Below are positions 9,947 to 17,951 of a DNA stretch of 64,000 bases, one piece after another. The notes beneath the pieces are model-generated. The model was not told where the DNA came from. It was given only the letters and a program-made list of their open reading frames with translations, and made no database searches. Made by a program: the position numbers and the translations under genes. Where the stretch lies: the NCBI GenBank assembly GCA_041909865.1, contig JAYRRZ010000060.1, positions 2,928 to 66,927 of the forward strand, written 5' to 3'. How positions within the stretch are numbered: position 1 is the first letter of the stretch; each line of letters opens with the position of its first letter. This DNA comes from Candidatus Altimarinota bacterium (lineage in GTDB: Bacteria; Patescibacteriota; Gracilibacteria; BD1-5; UBA2023).

Positions 9947-10997
9947 CGTTTATGTTCAGGGGCATTCGCTAAATGCCCCCCGCTTTATTCAAGCTGCTAT
10001 ATGTTTCCATATAGACCAGACTATATCATCACCTCTTTAAGAAGAGGGCTGTGCGCTTCCACTACCAATAGCTTGTAGTGTACTCCCTTTAGGGATAGTC
10101 GTTGCACTTTCATTATAACTTTTAAAATTGTAAGAGGCGGAAATAGAAGTGTAAAACTTTCTATTCCTTATATTTCCTACAACCTTTCTATCAACTTCCA
10201 GTTCTTTTGAGATTTCTAAAACACCCTTGCCATTTTCAAGGAGTTCACAAATCTTAATAACTGTTTCAGGAGATGTCATTTCCTTTTTTCTCAGTTTAGA
10301 AAAATCATAACTTGTAGAAATATGTAACCATTGTGGCTTCTGGTTATCTTTTAAATGCTGGATAAACCTGCGATCAAATCCAGTCATCCTAGATACATCG
10401 CAAGCTCTATATCCCTCTGAAAGCATTTGACAGATTTTATGTACATCATCTTCAGTTATGGTTTTGTACCCTACAGGTACTTTCCAATCATGACATATTT
10501 CGTCTTCAGTTGGAATCTTATTTAATTCATGTAAAAATGTAGGCTTTCTGAGTCCATTTTCTATGGCGTGTATAGTGTTCTCTTGTGGTGTAGCCCATTC
10601 CAGATTTTCAACAGAGTTATTTAACTTGTTACCATCTTTATGATTAACTTGTTTCTTACCTTCAGGATTATCAATAAAAACTGTAGCCATAATTCTATGC
10701 AATTTACAGTTTTGATGTACTTTTCCGTGATCGTCTGTCAACGCGAAAATACGATATCCCTCTCTACATACCCATCCGCTAAGAAACCTATTACTCTTTA
10801 AGCTAAAGAGTTTTCCACAATTAGTTACACAATATCCACTAAACCCAATTTCACCTAAATTTTTCAAAATGACATCTCCTACTTATTTCGGAAGTTATAA
10901 TGCTTAGCTCAGGATTGTCTTTGCCATTACGCAGTAAGAGTTTCCCTGAATTCACACAGTTTTCTCACCATCATCGCTAATGGTGGCGGCTAAATTA
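9947..10997 (-). mobile_element. group I intron (1051 nt) with HNH homing endonuclease ORF, in terL
   Basis: 5' splice site CGGU|UAAUUUAGCCG (P1 with G.U), in-frame TAA immediately after the junction, 3' end ..CAUAAACG|AAC; block AGACAAUCCUGAGCUAAGC resembles the T4 td intron AGACAAUCCCGUGCUAAAU as I recall it. Confidence 0.85.
10037..10867 (-). CDS. intron-encoded HNH (HNH_3 / I-HmuI-like) homing endonuclease
   Basis: 276 aa; NHKDGNKLNNSVENLEWATPQENTIHA motif; TTG start with AGGAG 8 nt upstream; lies entirely inside the terL intron. Confidence 0.85.
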   Translation of the reverse strand: MKNLGEIGFSGYCVTNCGKLFSLKSNRFLSGWVCREGYRIFALTDDHGKVHQNCKLHRIMATVFIDNPEGKKQVNHKDGNKLNNSVENLEWATPQENTIHAIENGLRKPTFLHELNKIPTEDEICHDWKVPVGYKTITEDDVHKICQMLSEGYRACDVSRMTGFDRRFIQHLKDNQKPQWLHISTSYDFSKLRKKEMTSPETVIKICELLENGKGVLEISKELEVDRKVVGNIRNRKFYTSISASYNFKSYNESATTIPKGSTLQAIGSGSAQPSS

Positions 10998-12758
10998 ACC
11001 GTAGAGCAGTCTTGCTTTTTCAACGCGCCCAAGAGACTCCAACCAACCAATATATTCTGGTTGAGCTTCCATGAGAACAGGGTTATCCCGGCAAGTAGCA
11101 TTGATGAATGTAAAACTCATCACTACTTCGCGCTTTACGTTGAATTTCTCCATTAACTCTTCTGGAGTATCAGCATAGTGGTTTGTGTTGTCTCTGCGAA
11201 GAAAATAACGTACAACCCCACACCTTTCCTCAATGGGATACCCCTCTTCATCGAGCCACCATGAAATCCAGTTTTTAACCCAAGACTTTGAGTCAGGGTT
11301 CATGGTGCAGCGAACGCGAGGTTTTACTTCAGGGCAAGATGGATTACGCAAGCGGGAAAGAATATAAAGAAACATCTCTTCTTCATATTGAGCGCACTCG
11401 TCAATAAGGCACTCACTGATTTCCATCCCTTGCCAGTTGTCTTTATCCTTCAAATGCTCGAAGTGTCTCAAGTAAACTTCAGCACCAGAGGAGAAACAAA
11501 ACTTATTCTCCATTGACTTAAATCTTACTTTAGGGTCCACCTTTTTAAACATATCCAACGCCTTATCAAGTAGGCCACCCGGACCTTTCAATTGCGTTGT
11601 AGTTCTTCGTGTAAATACACCTCTAAAGTTTTTATGTCTAATGTGAGGCAGAAAGTCCATTACACCAAGGTAGCTTTTACCAGAATTGCCAGTAATCACT
11701 ACCTTGTTATTTCTTCGTGTAACAAACGCCCCAGTAGGGACAGTGAAGCAATATTTGAATCCGTCTTTACTTTTTACAAACTCAAAAACTGCTTTGTCAT
11801 TTATGTTTTCTAGTGTACTGGCAATATTACGGCTTGGTGTTACGTTGTACTCAATACTCTTACGAATATATTCATTATCTTTGTAACCAAGACCTCTACG
11901 ATCATTTATACCAATGCTGGCATGAATATTTTGAATATTATAGAGGTACTGAATACAATCTGCATCTTCTTTAATTGTCGTAGAAAATCTGCCTAGATGA
12001 TTACGACCTTTTGTGAATGATCCATCCCAATACATGATTTCATCGGTGATGTGCTTTGCATCTTCTTTAGAGCAAAGCATCCAGTCAGAAAATCTCTTTG
12101 AGCACCAAGGAGCGTACAAAGTAAAGACAACATAATCGTCTACAGAATTGGTTTCGGTATGAGGATAATTTAATTCCTTCAGAATCCAACGGAGACGCTC
12201 AATCTTACGTTGCTTTTTTAACCGCACAACATAACGTGAAGTTGCAGCAGAGGCGATATGTCCATCACATTTCAAGGCTACAGCGAGCTTGATTTCAAAC
12301 TCACTAAGACCTAGGCGGTTACCATCCTCATATTCATAGACTTTTCTAAAAAACCCTTTATGACCATTTGCAGAAGAATTGTGTTTTTGCATGAACTCCA
12401 TAAAAGGAACTTTGAACATAGTGCCTTTACGGTTTTCATAAACAATGTTATGATCTTCTGAAACCATGTGGTCCAGTTTGGTGTTTTTGATATGATAGAA
12501 GCCGTCACATTCTTTTTTTATGTAAGCAATCGGTGTAACCAGTGTTGCTTTTTTAGTGGAAAGATCAAACTGCATCACCATATCACCGGGGACATATTCA
12601 GAAATCTTTTTCCACCCGTATTGACTAAGGAACTCTGTATCCGCATCAACACATCCGGCTGCGCCGCCGAAAAATACTACATCTGCTGTGGATGTAATAA
12701 ACATTTGTTGTTTGCGAGACTTCGGTCCAATAATCTCTTGTTCTTTTTTCTGCCGCAT
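10998..12758 (-). CDS. terL: terminase large subunit, exon 1 (ATPase domain, contains intein)
   Basis: Walker A split as FFGGAAG|C..intein..N|SGKSY; Walker B CLIDECAQ; ends ..ARLLYG at the splice site. Confidence 0.85.
11685..12653 (-). mobile_element. intein (323 aa) with LAGLIDADG endonuclease, in the TerL P-loop
   Basis: starts CVDADTEFL (Cys1), ends VVITGN followed by Ser+1; internal LAVALKCDGH and DEIMYWDGS = two LAGLIDADG motifs; removal restores GGAAGSGKS. Confidence 0.8.
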
Positions 12759-12909
12759 ATTAAAATTCTCTCCTCTGTCATGGATGCGTCAAAAGATAAG
12801 ATGTAGGAAACCCCCTGACGAGGAGGGCTTATCGAGCGGCCACTCTATCCTACAAATTTGTGCAAATAAGAAATGGAACGGTTTGCTAAAACCGTCCCCT
12901 ACACTTTTA

Positions 12910-12938
12910 ATACTAAGGCATATATTCAGTTTTGTCAA
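12910..12938 (-). promoter_or_regulatory. promoter upstream of terL (conserved promoter-leader class)
   Basis: minus strand ATTGACAAAA (-35 at 12938-12933), 17 nt, TAGTAT (12915-12910), then AAGTGTAGGGGA + hairpin; near-identical architecture at 17660-17688. Confidence 0.65.
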
Positions 12939-12972
12939 TACCTTTTATTGCAAAAATGTTAATATTTTTGAT

Positions 12973-13452
12973 TCAAGGCTTGTTCTTTTGTAAATAGTCA
13001 TCCCATCCCGGAGGGGAGGGCGCTTTTATAAACGCCACCCTGAACACCTTTCCAAACAGTTTTAACCAGTAGAGGTAGTACCAACTGTCTCCTTTTTGAG
13101 TGAGATACCACTTATAAGGGGTAGAAATAGGGGGTAGGACATCTTCCGTGAGATTGTCCAGCACCCACCATTCGTTGCCATCGCGCACGCACAGGACGCA
13201 ATGGCCCTCGCCGGATGGTGTGGCGACGGTGCAGAGGCCGGTGTCAAACCCTGCGGCGGACAGTCTGGTCTGTTTTCCTAGCGCGATGGCTTTGCAGTCG
13301 CCCGTCCCGCCGATGTCGGCAGCCTCCCAGCGGTCAGGACTGGCGCGGTAGCCGATGCTGTTGTTGAGCGTCGTGTTGACGCTATTAAGAAGCGTATTCA
13401 CGAATCCACGCATCCCGAGCCGCGACGGTTGCTGCTTCGTCCCAGTCATCAC
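12973..13452 (-). CDS. BTLCP / LapG-like transglutaminase-fold cysteine protease
   Basis: DRWEAADIGGTGDCKAIALGK ... EGHCVLCV ... VLDN reproduces the Cys-His-Asp arrangement and spacing of bacterial transglutaminase-like cysteine proteinases; start may instead be Met14 (13413); no obvious signal peptide. Confidence 0.6.
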   Translation of the reverse strand: MMTGTKQQPSRLGMRGFVNTLLNSVNTTLNNSIGYRASPDRWEAADIGGTGDCKAIALGKQTRLSAAGFDTGLCTVATPSGEGHCVLCVRDGNEWWVLDNLTEDVLPPISTPYKWYLTQKGDSWYYLYWLKLFGKVFRVAFIKAPSPPGWDDYLQKNKP

Positions 13453-13543
13453 CGGCTTCGTTCAGAACTTGAAACACTTCGCCAGTTTCCATCGACAGGT
13501 GGGCAATTCCCGGAATGTACTCAATACCACGAACGTCTTGCAT
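13385..13543 (-). CDS. small hypothetical protein (52 aa, acidic)
   Basis: not in ORF track (<60 aa); ATG at 13543 preceded by TAAGGAGA; GC-rich coding-like composition; overlaps the start of the BTLCP ORF. Confidence 0.45.
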   Translation of the reverse strand: MQDVRGIEYIPGIAHLSMETGEVFQVLNEAGDDWDEAATVAARDAWIREYAS

Positions 13544-13553
13544 GCTTGTCTCC

Positions 13554-14810
13554 TTAGTTTGCCATCAGGATGCTGCCGCCGGTCGTGCGAGCCGCGTTGC
13601 TGCCGCCGTTGACGATGGCGTAGCGGTAGTAGCGCCACTTCGGGCTGACCACGGCTTCCGCAACATAGCCGCCCCCGGAAATGTTTGTCGCCGTGATGGA
13701 CTGGATAACCCGGAACGTCGAGTTGTCGCGGCTGGCCTGAATCTGAAGCGTAAACGCCACATCTTGCTCGGCCATCACGCGGAACTCCTTCGCGTTTGTC
13801 GATGCACTTGAAAACGCAGAACCTGACGATGTTGCCGTAACATCGCGGGCTGTGGATGTAAATGTGCTGTTAGCGGTAAGTGCCGCTGACGTGTCGTCAT
13901 ACCAGATGCCGGGGGCAAATACGCAACCAGCTCGCGATGTGCTTTGAGTCAATGCAGCAGTCGTAAATGCCGTTACCTGCGCGGCGGAATAGGCGAGCAA
14001 AACTCCGGCAGTACCCGAACCATATGTCGTGCATTTGACTTGAATATGGGTGACTCCCGGAGGGATGTCAAAAACGATCGGTTGGTTTGCTGTGGCAACA
14101 TTGGGCAAATAACCGCCAGTCGATAGGTTTTTCAAATAGCCGGGCGCGATCCACGTCGCGGCATTATCAAACGATATTTGCAACGTAGCGGTTTGCGAAA
14201 ATGTCCCGTAAATATAAAACGTACAGGAACGCGCCCAACCGGGCACAGCAAGTCCTGCACCGCCAGCAGGAAACGTGTCGTTTAGCGCGGCTAAAGCACT
14301 GGCGTTAGATGCTGAATACCCGTCCGGAGTACGGAAATACTGAATGCCCGTGTTATCCGTCAGCAATGTCCGCTTCAGCCCGCCCCCATCAACCCCACTC
14401 ACCCGCACCGCTTGATTTGTCGGTGCTACGCCGTCAGCGGACACGCCGCCGACATAGAACACCCCGTCGCTCGCCCCGGTGACGCTGAGCGAGTTTGCCG
14501 CCGTCTTGGTTCCCTTGAGCGACAGCCAGAAATCCCGCATCCAACGCAAGAACCCGTTCGTCGTGCTCGCCCCGGTGTCGCCAGCAGCCGCAGCAGATGC
14601 GCCGCCGATGCTCGCAAGTTCCGTCACGATGTCGGTGTTTGTCTTGCTCCCGCTCCCCCGCAACGCATCGCGCAATGCAGATAGCGCGATGTCCAAGTTG
14701 TCCGTTTTCGCCTTGATGAGTTCCTGCGTCGCCTCTCCAGCGACTTCGCTTCCGTCCGTGCGGGTAACAGGTATCGTGCGTCCGGTCATGTCATGCCTCC
14801 ACGGCAACAA
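13554..14810 (-). CDS. tail fibre / receptor-binding protein (two beta-sandwich-like repeats)
   Basis: 418 aa, Ala/Gly/Ser/Thr-rich, two similar C-terminal modules (..TATLQISFDNAATW.. and ..FTLQIQASRDNSTF..); high-GC; follows another fibre gene with a 20-nt overlap. Confidence 0.55.
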   Translation of the reverse strand: MLPWRHDMTGRTIPVTRTDGSEVAGEATQELIKAKTDNLDIALSALRDALRGSGSKTNTDIVTELASIGGASAAAAGDTGASTTNGFLRWMRDFWLSLKGTKTAANSLSVTGASDGVFYVGGVSADGVAPTNQAVRVSGVDGGGLKRTLLTDNTGIQYFRTPDGYSASNASALAALNDTFPAGGAGLAVPGWARSCTFYIYGTFSQTATLQISFDNAATWIAPGYLKNLSTGGYLPNVATANQPIVFDIPPGVTHIQVKCTTYGSGTAGVLLAYSAAQVTAFTTAALTQSTSRAGCVFAPGIWYDDTSAALTANSTFTSTARDVTATSSGSAFSSASTNAKEFRVMAEQDVAFTLQIQASRDNSTFRVIQSITATNISGGGYVAEAVVSPKWRYYRYAIVNGGSNAARTTGGSILMAN

Positions 14811-16017
14811 GCCACATCAGGGCCGCGCCGTCATATAGATATTGAGTTCGTTGGTTGGCGTTGGTCTCGTCCGCCGTGACGACATAAAGCCGTGGCTCAG
14901 CGAGGCCGGTCGTGTTGATGTCGGCGAAATGCGTGACGGTGACGGCCTCCAGCGAGGACGTGCCGGGATCGGCAGGGGTATCAACAATGATGAGGTTGGT
15001 CTTGCCGCTGATGAGCTTGACGTACTGCCCGGCCCGCGTGGTCTTGCCGTGGAAATAGCCCCCGGCGCTGACCTCGTACCAGTCGTTGTCGAGAGCGCCA
15101 ACCGGCAGGGTAGCGTTTGTTATCGTCCCAAAACCACTCCGCCCGCCTGTAGTATCTGAAAGGTTAAAGCTGACCGTCGAGGCAGCAAAAACCACCGTGC
15201 TGGAGGCGGATTGCGTCAACACCATCAACTTGATCGTGTCCCCCGGCGGGAATGATCCGACATCCAGCGTAAACGGGCCGACCGTGGTCGAGCCGACTTG
15301 TAGCGTGATGTCGTTTGTTGTTGGATCAAGGCGCAAGTAAGACACATCACCGGCAACCACCGCCCCCGCGTTTCCGCCGGTAATGGTCCCGCTGTTGTAG
15401 ATAACGAGGCCGGCGTACGGATACGCGAGCACGCCGGAGGCTTCGACGGCAATTGCTGCATATGTGGGGTTTGCTGGCGTATTGCCTGCGATAAAATCCC
15501 TGACATCCGAAATGGTTGCCGACGAGTTGCACAGAACGAGATAGTGCAAGTTGACGGTATCTCCCGGCGTGTACGCTGGCATCGGCATGGATGCCTGCAT
15601 GACATTTGTTCCGATGGTTAGCGCCGATGTTTCAACACCTGCTATGTACGGTATGCCGACGCCGGGAATTGTGCCGTCAGGCGTCATGGTCGTGGGCGTG
15701 TACGTTGCCGCTTGGGACGCTGATGGCGCGGCAGGAACAAACACGCCGGAGGACATGTCCCACTCTCCCTTATATTGCCCAGAATAAGCAATATCTACAG
15801 AAACATCTCCAGAAGAATCGGTTCCACTAATACCATCTCCAGTAAAATTCAAAGATTTAATATTAGCGGGAGAAGATAGATTAACCCCATTTTCTTTAAC
15901 TTGGATCAAACTTCCATCTTGACCGGCATCCCCTTTTGCTCCACTAGCAAATGTACTCGCTTGCGGGATTTCAAGCGTAATTTCTTGAGAAACAATATTC
16001 AGAATTGTCTTAGCCAT
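14791..16017 (-). CDS. tail fibre protein, mosaic (low-GC N-terminal anchor + high-GC distal part)
   Basis: 408 aa; N-terminus with a collagen-like GAKGDAGQDG triplet run; composition switches from AT-rich to GC-rich near 15770. Confidence 0.6.
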   Translation of the reverse strand: MAKTILNIVSQEITLEIPQASTFASGAKGDAGQDGSLIQVKENGVNLSSPANIKSLNFTGDGISGTDSSGDVSVDIAYSGQYKGEWDMSSGVFVPAAPSASQAATYTPTTMTPDGTIPGVGIPYIAGVETSALTIGTNVMQASMPMPAYTPGDTVNLHYLVLCNSSATISDVRDFIAGNTPANPTYAAIAVEASGVLAYPYAGLVIYNSGTITGGNAGAVVAGDVSYLRLDPTTNDITLQVGSTTVGPFTLDVGSFPPGDTIKLMVLTQSASSTVVFAASTVSFNLSDTTGGRSGFGTITNATLPVGALDNDWYEVSAGGYFHGKTTRAGQYVKLISGKTNLIIVDTPADPGTSSLEAVTVTHFADINTTGLAEPRLYVVTADETNANQRTQYLYDGAALMWLVAVEA

Positions 16018-16028
16018 TATTGCTCCCC

Positions 16029-16364
16029 TTATGTCTGTGTAACATCCTGCACAACTTTAATTTTAATTGTCTCTGTACTCTGTGTCACCCCATTGATAAT
16101 ATACTCAATATCCCAAATCAACGTGGCAATCGGCCAATCAGAGGTGGAGGCTTGCAGAGTGAATTTACCTTTTCCAGTGGTGGATTGACTTGCAGCTTTT
16201 GTCACAGTGAGAGAAGACACCAACTCCCCTTGCATATCTCTCACTTGGGAATTGATTGTATAATCTGTCAAATTTGTTGCATTTGTTCCATCAGCACAAT
16301 ATGTTGCTTCAACATAGAATGTATCTCCACGCTTTTGCGTGACTACTTCATAATCGCAAGACAT
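16029..16364 (-). CDS. hypothetical virion-associated protein
   Basis: 111 aa, SD GGAG upstream, immediately upstream of the fibre genes. Confidence 0.5.
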   Translation of the reverse strand: MSCDYEVVTQKRGDTFYVEATYCADGTNATNLTDYTINSQVRDMQGELVSSLTVTKAASQSTTGKGKFTLQASTSDWPIATLIWDIEYIINGVTQSTETIKIKVVQDVTQT

Positions 16365-16389
16365 GGAAATCTCCTAGAAATCGACCAAA

Positions 16390-16423
16390 TAAAAATCCCC
16401 GGAAAGCATCGCGCCGTCCGGGG
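16390..16423 (-). terminator. rho-independent terminator
   Basis: minus strand CCCCGGA-N13-TCCGGGG followed by ATTTTTATTT. Confidence 0.7.
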
Positions 16424-16508
16424 TTTGTGCTGACATTCAATTGATGTCATTGAATAAAATGCCGCTAGAGAGGGAGACGGCTATTTATTATTATACGTGT
16501 AAACAGAG

Positions 16509-16892
16509 TTACACAGCTTTGTTATTATCCACTACAAGAGAATATGTGAATTTGGCTGGAGCGGGAGAAAGATCATCACTTTCATCTTCATCGTTCTTAT
16601 TATCCACGCCAGCCTTTTCAAGCTGCTTGTCCAGCAATTCCAGCTTTTTAGCCAGTTCCGTTTGGCGATCCACTTCCTTAATCATATTCGATGTAGTTTG
16701 AACAATCCATGTAGCAGCTTTCATGCGAGACGTGGTGTCAGCCTCTTCATCCCGCATAACATCCTTGATAAAATTGATGGCGTATTCAGCCTCTTTACCA
16801 AGGATTTTAGCAAACTTCGTGAGGTCTGCCTTGCCCAACACTTTAGCACGTTTCACCGAAGGGACTTTATCGGCTACAATTGGAGCACTCAT
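16509..16892 (-). CDS. hypothetical protein (possible small terminase / DNA-binding; weak)
   Basis: 127 aa, basic N-terminus, coiled-coil, acidic tail; SD AGGAGAA; first ORF after the long leader; the TerS idea rests only on a SRMKAATWIV-type helix and is weak. Confidence 0.5.
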   Translation of the reverse strand: MSAPIVADKVPSVKRAKVLGKADLTKFAKILGKEAEYAINFIKDVMRDEEADTTSRMKAATWIVQTTSNMIKEVDRQTELAKKLELLDKQLEKAGVDNKNDEDESDDLSPAPAKFTYSLVVDNNKAV

Positions 16893-16966
16893 GCTATTCT
16901 CCTATTTATTTTTCTAATTTATTATTGTTACGTTTATACGTTAAATGTGAAGAAGTAACGTAGAAT

Positions 16967-17046
16967 TGGAACACTTCTTGAGGGACTCGAACCCACATTG
17001 CCAAGCGTCACGCTATAGGTATCCTACCGTTAGATGAAAGAAGTGT
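16967..17046 (-). ncRNA. tRNA-like element (acceptor, D and T arms, encoded CCA; no canonical anticodon arm)
   Basis: minus strand ACACTTC(TT)..ATCT-AACGGTA-GGAT..GTGGG-TTCGAGT-CCCTC..(AA)GAAGTGT-T-CCA; 7-9 bp acceptor stem, GG in D loop, TTCGAGT T-loop; the middle 23 nt only form AGCG-TGA-CGCT. Confidence 0.45.
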
Positions 17047-17659
17047 AATTATGTGCATAACTCTTCACCGCTACCTACGTTCGGGAGAGGATTCATGCTA
17101 ATAAGAAGGCCCAAAGATTTGCGCTTGCAGACAGAGGCGTATGGGCCAGATTCTTCAAAAACAATTAAACCTTAAAATTTTAGATAAATATACCACTTTT
17201 TCTAAAATTTTAATTAAAATAATCCCCACGTAAGCAGATGAGCCAAGAGGTGGGGGCCGTATTGTACGCGCAATACCCCAGTCTTACCGGCGACGAGGTG
17301 CTGCCATTCTTCTAGACCGTAGGTAAAGAAGAAACACCGCATGTAAAACTTTTAATAACCCCATGCTTGCTGCCCTATTAAGGATGAGCAGGAACTCCAA
17401 GTCCGCAGCGTTTGACAATACACCCATCCTGAGTGTAGCCTTGCTGAGCGGATCATTGCAAGGTCTTGAGTATTGTGCCACAGGATGCGAACCCTGCTTG
17501 CTGGCTTTACGACTCTCGCTAGGGAGAGTATCCAGCTTCTGTCACGCAGTAGTGTATCGCCTACACATTTTACACAATATTTGTGGGGTAGAACAATCGT
17601 CTAAAAATGTTAACAAACGTAACACTCAATGTTCGTCAGAACATTCCCCTACACTTCCA

Positions 17660-17688
17660 ATACTACTACACCTTTCTTATTTTGTCAA
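17660..17688 (-). promoter_or_regulatory. promoter of the conserved promoter-leader class, drives the 700-nt leader
   Basis: minus strand ATTGACAAAA (17688-17683), 17 nt, TAGTAT (17665-17660), then GGAAGTGTAGGGGA and hairpin AATGTTC-TGAC-GAACATT. Confidence 0.6.
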
Positions 17689-17692
17689 TAGC

Positions 17693-17920
17693 TTAATTGC
17701 ATAAATTCTTGAAATTATTTCCATATACGCTAAACAATGGGTCTGTCAAATGCTCCAATTGATATTCATGCCAATCCTTCGGATGTTCAGCAGCCTCAAC
17801 ACAAGAATTACACATATCCTCACGGATATAGATGAACTTATCCTTGCCAACGGCAATCTTGCGTTTACGCATCAATTCACTATGCGCCAATACAACATTA
17901 CAACATACACACCTACTCAT
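17693..17920 (-). CDS. small Cys-rich (zinc-finger-like) protein
   Basis: 75 aa, CVCC ... CNSC pairs. Confidence 0.5.
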   Translation of the reverse strand: MSRCVCCNVVLAHSELMRKRKIAVGKDKFIYIREDMCNSCVEAAEHPKDWHEYQLEHLTDPLFSVYGNNFKNLCN

Positions 17921-17951
17921 TTTTATTATTCTCCGTAATTATTTTTATAAT

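Noticed and set aside
13554-16017. Diversity-generating retroelement acting on the GC-rich fibre genes
   Set aside because: There is no reverse transcriptase motif (YxDD) in any frame nearby. I could not see a template/variable repeat pair near the 3' ends of the fibre genes.
16509-16892. Firm call of small terminase subunit
   Set aside because: It is separated from terL by the fibre genes, and only a vague helix similarity supports it. It is left as hypothetical.
16967-17046. Canonical tRNA gene
   Set aside because: The acceptor, D and T arms and CCA are present. No register gives a 5-bp anticodon stem with a 7-nt loop, so it is reported only as tRNA-like.
17470-17500. Second tRNA suggested by the GGGTTCGCATCC T-loop-like sequence (minus strand)
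   Set aside because: The loop has an extra nucleotide and lacks the conserved A58 position. There is no matching acceptor stem or D arm in the flanks.
17284-17704. ORFs of 65 aa (minus) and 113 aa (plus) inside the 700-nt leader
   Set aside because: They have no SD, their composition is atypical for the neighbouring genes, and they overlap the structured RNA candidate.
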